From Chiloscyllium plagiosum (Eukaryota), in NCBI RefSeq assembly GCF_004010195.1, contig NC_057726.1, forward strand, positions 61,968,519-62,026,992: a DNA stretch of 58,474 bases, written 5' to 3'. Shown here one piece after another: positions 49,366 to 58,474 of this stretch; the first letter of the stretch is position 1, and every line of letters begins with the position of its first letter. A program made the position numbers and the translations under genes. The notes beneath the pieces are model-generated. The model was not told the origin of the DNA, made no database searches, and saw nothing but the letters and a program-made list of their open reading frames with translations.

Positions 49366-51060
49366 GGGAGAAAGTGAGGACCACAGATGCTGGAGATCAG
49401 AGTCAAGAGTGTGGTGCTGGAAAAGCACAGCAGATCAGGCAGAATCCGAGGAGCAGGCATAAGCCTTCATCAGGAATGAGGCTTGTGAGCCAGGGGGCTG
49501 AGAGATAAATGGAAGGAGGCTGGCGTTACCGAGAAGGTAGATGAGAATATGATAGGTAGATGAAGGTAGGGGAAACGTTGAGAGGTCAGAGAGGAGGGTG
49601 AAGCAGATAGATGGGCAAGGTGATGGACGTGTCAAGAGGGCAGTGTCAAGTTGGAGTCTTGGGACTAGGATTATGTGGGGGGAGGTGGGATGAGGAAAAT
49701 GGTGAAATCCCCATTGATCCCTTGTGATTGAGGCGTTCTTCCTCCAGGCATCAGCTGGTAAGAGCATTGTGATGGAGTAGGCCCAATACCTGCATGTCCT
49801 TGGTGGAGTGGGAGGAGGAGTTGAAGTGTTCAGCAATGGGGCAGTGGGGTTGGTTGGTGCGAGTGTCCTAGAGATGTTCTCTGAAACTATCTGCAAGTTG
49901 GCATTCTGTCACTGATTAAATAAGATAATCAGTGGGCTAGGTAGGTTTTACAATGAGAGCCTTCTTCATCAGATGGTTATGGCTCGCATGAGGGGACATA
50001 GTTTTAAATTGAGAGGTGATAGATATGGTCTGATGTCAGAGGCGTGGATCTGACAAGGGAGTCGCAGAGGGAATGGTCTCTCTGTAACATTGATACAGGT
50101 GGAGAGGAAAATATATTTCTCATAGTGGGGTCCATTTGTAGGTGGTTGAATTGGAGGAGGAGGATACAATGTATACAGAGTTGGTGGTGTGGAAGGTGAG
50201 GACCAAGGGGGTTCTATCCTTGCTGCGTTAGAAGGAGTGGGGATCGAGGGCAGAGGTGCAGAAAGTGGAGGAAATGTACTGGAAGGCATCGTCGACCATG
50301 TGAGAGGGGAGCTTGCAATATTTGAAAAAGGAGGCCATCTGGGATTTTCGAAGAAGAATTGGTGATCCAGAGAACAGATTATGGCAGACACAGAAGAAAT
50401 GGCAATAAGGGGTAGAGTTTTCGAAAGAGATAGAGTGGGAGGAGGCCTGGCCTAAACAGCTGTAGGAGTCGGCGGGCTTATAGTTCATGTCTACAGTTAG
50501 TCGGTTGCTGGAGATGGAGGTGGAGAGGTCCAGGAAGGGGAGGGAGGTGTCTGAGATGGTCCAGGTGAATTTGAGGTCGGGGTGAAAAATGTCAGTGAAG
50601 TTGATGAACTGTTCAACCTCCTCATCGGAGCATGAGGTAGTGGTGATACAGTCATCAATGCTGTGGCGGAATAGGTTGGATGCCTCAACAAGGGCCTCCA
50701 AGTTTCTTCCACTCACGCCATTCTAACCAGTACCCTTCCATTGGCATCCTCATTTGCCAGCTGAACTGGCCTTCACCCTTAACAACTTCTCCTTTCAATC
50801 CTCCAGCTTCCTCCAAACCAAACGGGTAGCCACTGGTACCTGCATAGGCCCCAGCTATGCCTGCCTCTTTGACGGATTCGTGGAACAGTCCATCTTCTGC
50901 AGCTACACAGGCACCACCCCCCAAATGTTCCTTTGCTATTGATGACTGTATCAGCATTACCTTGTGCTCCCATGAGGAGTTTGAACAGTTCATCAACTTC
51001 ACTAACACCTTTCAGCCCGACCTGGAATTCACCTCGGCCATCTCAGATACCTCTCCCCCT
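49366..51060. mobile_element. Penelope-like RT fragments (minus strand ~49370-50700; plus strand ~50720-51060)
   Basis: IDDC...FHPDLKFTWTISDTSLPFLDL and NNFSFQSSSFLQTKRVATGTCIGPSYACLF. Confidence 0.85.
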
Positions 51061-51061
51061 T

Positions 51062-51517
51062 CATAGAGTCATAGAGATGTACAGCCTGGAAACAGACCCT
51101 TCGGTCCAACCCATCCATGCCGACCAGATATCCCAACCTAATCTTGTCCCACCTGCCAGCATCTGGCCCATATCCCTCCAAACCCTTCCTATTCATGTAC
51201 CCATCCAAATCCCTCTTAAATGTTGCAATTGTACCAGCCTCCACCACATCATCTGACAGCTCATTCCATACACGTACCACCCTCAGCATGAAAGATTTGC
51301 CCCATAGGTCTCTTTTATATCTTTCCCCTCTTTCCCTAAACCTATGCCCTCTAGTTCTGCACTCCCCGATCCCAGGGAAAAGACTTTGTCTATTTATCCT
51401 ATCCATGCCCCTCATAATTTTGTAAACCTCTATAAGGTCTCCCCTCAGCCTCCGATGCTCCAGGGAAAACAGCCCCAGACTGTTCAGCCTTTCCCTGTAG
51501 CTCAGATCCTCCAACCC
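51062..51517 (-). mobile_element. CR1 LINE 3' end
   Basis: GLEDLSYRERLNSLGLFSLE...RVVRVWNEL; (CTATGACT)-like tail at ~51062-51078. Confidence 0.92.
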
Positions 51518-53199
51518 TTGCACTTTGAGTAAAGGTGAGCGGACACAATATGCCAAAAATTATGTACAATCGGGAGGAATCCACCGAGGAAAATTTGAAT
51601 ATTGATTTCTGAATCCATGAAGTCACATTACATCATTCTGATCATTGTAAAGATTTTCTTTAAACGTTATATCAATATGTTGCTATCTCTGATTGATCTG
51701 TTCCTTTGGCAGCTGGGCATGCCCAGGAATTTCATAGGGGCGATGGCAATATAGACTGATATTTATGAATGACCAAACACTTCCATTTATAACCGTTGCT
51801 CTGTTAGCTTCTGAGGCAATTCTTGAACTATGTGTTTACTGCTTACTGAAACTGACAATTTAATACTCATGCATGTTCATGATCACTCATAAGAAATATT
51901 GATGCTAACAAGGGCACAGAATTTAGTTTGTGTGGGAGTATGTCAATGTTCATCTCTGATAGGGGTTAGGGAACACCAGCATTAACCACACTGGTCGTGT
52001 ATTTATAGTTCTAGGTGACAGACGGATTTGGGAAGGGTTACAAGAACCAAACATAAGGGATCATATTTGATATGATCGTCACCAAACAACATTTTCCAAA
52101 TAACATTTTCTATTCAATTAGTGACAGGGTTAACAACTGTAGAGTTTTCACGGTGGCAAACTTGCTCCTACAACCAAAAGGCTTGAGCAAGGATGCACAG
52201 GCCTGTCACAACCAGGTGTAAATCGGTGTAGATAATTGAATAACCAAGGGAAGGAGAAGAAGGCTGCGTGTACATTTTTATCCTAAAATACAATAAAGAC
52301 TATTTAATAAGTGCAGAATACAAGGCTGAAGCATTTGCAATTTTGGTCTGTTCGGGTTACTGGGTGGATTATTCATTCGAGCTTCGGTCATTCAGCTTCA
52401 GCCATCACAAAATTCTTCGGTAGAATAGTTTCACTACAATACAGGTCAATCCAATCCTTCACCTCCTTTAGGATTGTATTTTATATTTGCTCTGCTTGTA
52501 ATTCCTGTCAAAATGTAACGCTATGCAGGGTTTGTTCCTTAAATTTCATCTAGCAAATGTCCATCATCTCAACTAGCTTTTTCAAATCTTCTTTGTACTT
52601 CACAATACTTTCCATGTTCTTGCCAAGTGAAAAGTTTTAAATTGTACCATGTACACTGAAATCCCAGATATTAATGTGTTTAATAATAACAGATAATGTA
52701 TCAGCCCTGGGAAATCCAGTTGTATTCTTTCACAATCCATAAAAAAACCTCTTTTTTGTCAGATATCATTTTCCAGCATTATCAACAAAATTTAAATTAT
52801 TCCTCTAATAACAATTGCACTGCTAAGTCTACTTATGTGACAGTTTATAAAAACAAATATTCTTCCAAGTCCACGCACACCAGATGAAACACACCATTAT
52901 CCTCAGGAACACACTTTTCTGCATCATCAAAACAGTAAATTAAGTTAGTTGAAAACTGTTTATGGATGCCAATACCTGACGGGTTTCATTAAATAATCCA
53001 CATTGTCCAAGTAATTCTTTACCATGCAGAGATAGGTACCATGGTTGCAATTAGGAAGAATGTCTGTGATACGATTTAAGAAATTAGCAAAAACGGAAAG
53101 GAGTTCTGAGTGGTCTAGCAGATTTGAAAGTAAATATATCTCGAGGACCAGATGAAATGCAAAACAGGTTCTAGAGTGTAGCAAGTGGTAAAATAACAA

Positions 53200-54530
53200 T
53201 GATGCTTGCAAAAGGTTGCCATTCCTCTGTGGCAACCGGAGAAGTGTTGGAGAGGTGGAAGACGGCCGATGTGGTACTGTTATTCAAGAAACAGAAAGTG
53301 TTAAACCAGGAAACTACAAGCCAATCGTTCTAATGACTGCTATTAGTAGTGAAACGATTGGGAAAAATTCATAGGAACAGAACGAATCTGCATTTAAAGA
53401 GGGAGTGATTAATCCAAAACAGTCGGCATGGTTTTGCAATGGAAAGTTATTTCTAACCAGCGTGACTAATTTTTTCGAAGACGTGGCTCAGTATGTAGAC
53501 GAGTGCAATGCGTTTGTTGCCGTCTAATTGTACTTTATCAATGTTTTTGATAAAGTCCGATGTGGGAGAGTTATATAAAAGCTAAGAACCCATGGGCTGC
53601 AAGGAAATCTAGCACATTTGACCTAGAATTGGCTGAGTGGCAGGACGTAGAGGACAACGTTGCAGAGGTATTTTTCCAGCAGGAATTATGCATCCAGTGG
53701 GGTCCTACATGGGTCAGTGTTGAGTCCCTTGCTGTTGGCGTGTACGTATACATCATTTAGACTTGAATGGAGGAGGGCTGATCAGTAATCACGCAGATGA
53801 TACAAAAAAACATGGTAAATAGTCAGGAGGATAAACTCACTATACCAAAATATAGAAGAGCTGGTCTGATGTGCTCATCGGTGGCAAATGGAAGTCAATC
53901 CAGACCAGCCTCAGATGATGCACGTGGGCAGGACAAGCAAAACAAGGGACTAAATGATGAATGATAGGGGCCTCCGATGCACGGAGGACCAGAGGTACCT
54001 TGGCACGCATGTACACTGGTCATGACAAGTAGATACACAATTAGACAAGCTGTCAGGACAAGTAGATACACAATTAAGAAAACAAATGAGATGCTTGCCT
54101 TTATTAGTCGATAGAGTTTGAGAGCGGGGAGGTCATGCTGTTTTCGTATAAAACATTGTTCAAGCCACAGCTAGAATATTGTACACATTTGTGGACTTCA
54201 CATTTACTGGGCCGATGTGTCAGAACTAGGGAGGAGGAGAATTACCAGGGCGTTTCCTGGGCTGGAGAGATTTAGTTGTGAACAGAGATTTGACAGACTG
54301 GGATTGTTTTGTTTAGAGCAGAAAGAGTGAGAAGAGACATGGTAGAGACACATAAAATTATGAAAGACATGGACAGAATAGACAAGAATAATTTTTTCTC
54401 CTTAATGGAGGGATCCATGACCACAAGGCATAGATGTATGGTAAGGGACAGAATGTTCAGAGGAGATGTGGGAAAAAACTTCTTCACCGAGAGGGTGGAG
54501 GGAATCTGAGGCTCACTGCCTATCGGGATG
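53200..54530 (+). mobile_element. Degenerate CR1 LINE RT and 3' region
   Basis: ggaaactacaagcca (GNYKP), tttgataaagtccga (FDKV), gcagatgataca and KNFFTERVEGI. Confidence 0.8.
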
Positions 54531-54569
54531 GTAGTGGGGAAATCCTCGATGCCAAGACATAGAAGGCTA

Positions 54570-56095
54570 TTGCCAAAGAGTGCTTTGCTGGAAAAGCACA
54601 GCCAGTCAGGCAGAATCCAAGGAACAGGAGAATCAATGTTTCAGACACGTGACCAAGGGTACGTGGAACAGTCCATCTTCCACATCTGCACCAGTACTAT
54701 TTCCCATCTTTTCACCCATTACATCAATGTATGTATTGGCACTATCTCATGCTCCCACAAAGAGGTTGAACAGTTCATCAACTTTACAAACGCTTTCCAC
54801 CCCGACCTCAAGTTCACCTGGACCATCTCATGCACCTCCCTGCGCTACCTGGACCTCTCTATCTCCATTTATGATGACCAAGTCAACACAGACATCCACT
54901 ACAAACTCGTGGACTCCCACAGCTACCTGGGCTACACCTCCTCCCACTCTGTCTCCTGTAAAACACGATCTTTTATTTCAATTTCCTCTACGTCCACTTC
55001 ATCTGCTCTCAGGAGGACCAATTCCATCGTAGAATATCCCAGGTGGCCTCCTTCTTCAAAGACCGAAATTTCCCCTCCGAGGTGGTCAATTATGCCCTCC
55101 AACATAATGACTCCACTTCCCGCACTTCCACCTTTGAACCCCAACACTCCAGTCACATCACCCCCAGTCCTCACCTACCACCTCACCAACCTCCGGATAC
55201 ATTACATCATCCTCCACTATTTCCACCACCTACAAACAGACCCTACCACCCGACATATACTTCCCCCCCACCCCATTTGCACTTCGGAGAGGCCATTCCC
55301 TTGTCAATTCCTCGATCCCCTACCAACACACTCTCCTCTCCCAGCATCTTCACCTGCCATTGGAAAAAGTGCAAAATCTGCGCCCACGCCTCCTCACTCA
55401 CCTCCACCCAAGGCCCGAAAGGATCATTCCACATCCATCAGAAATGTATCTGTATTTCCACACATATCATCTGCTGCATCTGTTGCACCCGATATGTTAT
55501 CATCTACATTGGGGAGACAGTACACCGACTTGCACACTGTTTCAGAGAATATCTCTGGGCTACCTGCACTAACCCACCCCACCGTCTTAGGGCTGAACAC
55601 TTTAACTTGCCCTCCCACTCCGTCAAGGACACGCAGGTGCTGGGCCTCCTCCATCTCCAAACACTAACAACCCGACCTCTGGAGGAAGAATACCTCATCT
55701 TCCGTTTTGGGAACCTCCAACCACACAGGATCAATGTGGATTTCACCAGGTTCCCCTCTTCCTCTCCCCCCACCTTATCCCAGTCCCAACCTTCCAACTC
55801 AACACCACCCTCTTGAACAGTCTTACCTGTCCATCCTCCTTCCCTCCTACCTGCTCCGCCCTCCTCTCTGACCTATCACTGTCACCCCACCTTCATCTTC
55901 CTATGGCTTTCCCAGCTACGTGTGGCCCAGCCCCACCTTCCTCCTTTTTATCTCTCAGCTCACAAGCCTCATTCCTGATGAACAGTTTATGCCCAAAACA
56001 CCGACCGTCCTGCTCCTTGGATGCTGCCTGACTAGCTGTGTTTTTCCAGCACCACACTCTTCGACTCTGATCTCCGGCATCTGCAGTCCTCACTC
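54570..56095 (+). mobile_element. Penelope-like element (RT C-terminus + GIY-YIG)
   Basis: FHPDLKFTW...YLDL, IICCICCTRYVIIYIGETVHRLAHCFREY and EEEYLIFRFGNLQPHRINVDF. Confidence 0.9.
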
Positions 56096-57658
56096 TCTTA
56101 TATTTGGACTGGAAAATGGGATTAGAATAGTTGGGTGGTTGTTTTAAAAGGTGTGAACGCAATAGTCTGATACGTATTTTCCTGTGCTGTAGATCTCAAC
56201 GACTCTAAAGATTCTTAAATTGATAGTGATATCACCTTATTTATCTATCAACCTTTTCCTTAATGTGATCCATATGTCGGAATGATTGAGTTAATATACC
56301 AACTCTATATAGCAGTTTAAAGCAGTTGGACAGAGTTGTTGACCTGAACATAGATTATATTTAGCGTTGAAACATTGAAATATCTACTTAGTTACCAAAC
56401 TAGTCAATGCAAAGCCATTTTTTAATGTATGAAAAAATGGAAAAAACAATGCTGGAATTTTGGACTGAGGTGGTAGTACTTGAAACCCCAGCCGTTGAAG
56501 AAATCAACAAAGCTGTATTCTTTGTAGCTCTGAAGTAAAGATAAACTAAACCAAAAATACCATTTTAAGATGCTCAAACGATAGGGAGTGAGACTGATAA
56601 CTCACTTGTGATGCCGAAACAGCTAAAGCTTTCCTGCACATGTAACATATTCAAAAGTTCGTTTTACCGAGTCATTTTGTTTAAGGTGTACACTGATCCT
56701 TCTATCTTATTGGCACCCCTACGCAGAATGTGCTGGCGTATGATTGCACATCAGGGTTCATTTAATTTACCTTCTATTGCAACATCTGTAACGTTAGACC
56801 AAAATGTTTTAAAAGATTCTTGAGGAAATATGAATTCCTGATGAAGGGCATATGCCTGAAACGTCAAATCTCCTGCTCCTCCGATGCTGCGTGACCGGGT
56901 TGTGCTTTTCCTGCACCACGCACTTCGACGCAAATTGAAACCACCGAGCTTGTTTCAATTTGCCGTTATTTTAAACATACCTTAGCGATTTAAATCTACT
57001 TGCCATTTAAATTTTAACTGAAATTGCCTTTGTGTGCTTGAACTAAACATTTGTATCGAGTTGTGCTGTCAATCCCAATTACACAAACAAAACATCCAGG
57101 CTTGATGGTTTTGTATCGTGCTCTTATATTGAATATTAAAGTGATTGTAGTGAGTTTAGGATTCTCCTGTTTTCAAAGACTTTGTCTCCGCAAGACTTCC
57201 AGCTCTAAATTGTGATCTTTAAACTAATTTAAAAATGAAAATGAAAACAAAACCGCTGTGGCTTTGGAATGAACCTAATGGCTTATCCATGTCTAAACAT
57301 ATCTGCTAAATTTATAAACCCAGAAATTAGTTGGTCCAAAATCACACATCACACCACTCAGAAAGTGTGCCCGAAGATTTAAAATTGTTCGCAGAAAGAG
57401 TTAACTCTTCTGGTCTGAGAAGGGGTAGGGTCCAAATAACCCACTAACATCACATCGTACATTCACATACACTACAAAGAATTGTTTATATCTTTGGATA
57501 ATTTAAAAGTAACATTTTAAATGTTCATTGTGGTAAATAAAATCTGATCACATTATATCCTTTAAAGCCTTCAAAATGAACAATACGTGTACGTAGACAA
57601 AACAAACATCCCTTTCTCAGTGCGGACACGAAACTCAATGTCTTCCAAAAATGTTTAA

Positions 57659-57749
57659 ATGTTGACATCAAGTCTGTCCAGTCGCAACGGTGTGTCAACC
57701 TGCACCCTTTTCCTCGTATCATGCGTGATGGATACATTGCTTTCTCTTG
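57659..57749 (+). CDS. Possible leader exon of a further paralogue (…VSTCTLFLVSCVMDTLLSL)
   Basis: Hydrophobic stretch ending at phase-1 donor G|gtaatc; no V exon inside the window to confirm. Confidence 0.25.
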
Positions 57750-58269
57750 GTAATCATTTTTACCCTGCAGCTGTTTTCCTATTTCTCACAGTGTTTTATT
57801 TTCTGTACTCAATGGTAAATCACACAAAAGGGCACTGGAGATTAACTCAATTGCTCCTTTCATGACCTTCATCATCTTATTATGGAACATTTAATAATTA
57901 TTCTTCACAATTTACAGTATAGGTGTCACTGGCGATGATCCTAAATTTTTCATTAAACAACCTACAAGTTACATTTTAGATTATCCCTCCTAAGTGGTAA
58001 CTTCAGACGGAGACTGCTGCTTCTCACAGCTTCGCAAAATTTAAAGCATATCCAATGGTACACCCGCTATCTATCCTCGTTGCTAATTGTCCTAAAAATA
58101 TTATGACTACACCTACTAGTCTTCCTTATGCTAGGCCCAACTGTACTAAAGCTTCATGGTCGAAGCCCGAGATTTAGCTATTTATGAACTTTCGTACTAT
58201 ACAGAAACGCAGCGAGCACTAGAAAGTTGGCATCAGACATGAAAGACCGTGTTAAGGGATTATAGCTGA

Positions 58270-58474
58270 AAATGTGTTGCTGTAAAAGCGCAGCAGGTCA
58301 GGCAGCATCCAAGGAATAGGAGAATCGACGTTTCAGGCATAAGCCCTTCTTCAGGAATGAGGAAAGTGTGCCCAGCAGGCTAAGATAAAAGATAGGGAGA
58401 AGGGACTTGGGGGAGGGGCGTTGGAAATGCGATCGGTGGAAGGAGGTCAAGGTGAGGGTGATAGGCCGGAGTGG
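58270..58474 (-). mobile_element. Penelope-like terminal repeat running off the window
   Basis: gcagcaggtcaggcagcatccaagga...gacgtttc matches 49410-49560 and the reverse of 55960-56060. Confidence 0.75.

Noticed and set aside
54528-55816. 379 aa and 257 aa ORFs as host genes
   Set aside because: Frameshifted Penelope RT/GIY-YIG sequence.

Overview
Vertebrate genomic DNA, very probably from a cartilaginous fish. The basis is HE1-like tRNA-derived SINEs plus abundant CR1 and Penelope-type retroelements. The window holds a head-to-tail (+ strand) cluster of at least three multi-exon immunoglobulin-superfamily receptor genes, here called A (~3.0-7.9 kb), B (~20.4-29.7 kb) and C (~39.1-45.3 kb). 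All share the layout leader / single-exon V domain with a germline-joined J-like G strand (GxGxGS/TxLxV) / C1-set domain / TM / short cytoplasmic exon / terminal exon. I assembled the exons by hand from GT-AG sites and reading phase. B (321 aa) and C (327 aa) end in an ITIM plus an ITSM. A has an Arg at the start of its TM and appears to have lost the tyrosine motifs. A probable truncated terminal exon of an upstream paralogue lies at 261-359, and a possible leader of a further paralogue lies at ~57.7 kb. Together this looks like a non-rearranging, antigen-receptor-like (VJ-C1) paired activating/inhibitory receptor family. The rest is largely transposon debris: CR1, Penelope, other LINEs, Ty3/gypsy and a degraded retrovirus-type pol. 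There are two assembly gaps. Repeat boundaries are approximate and no database searches were run.
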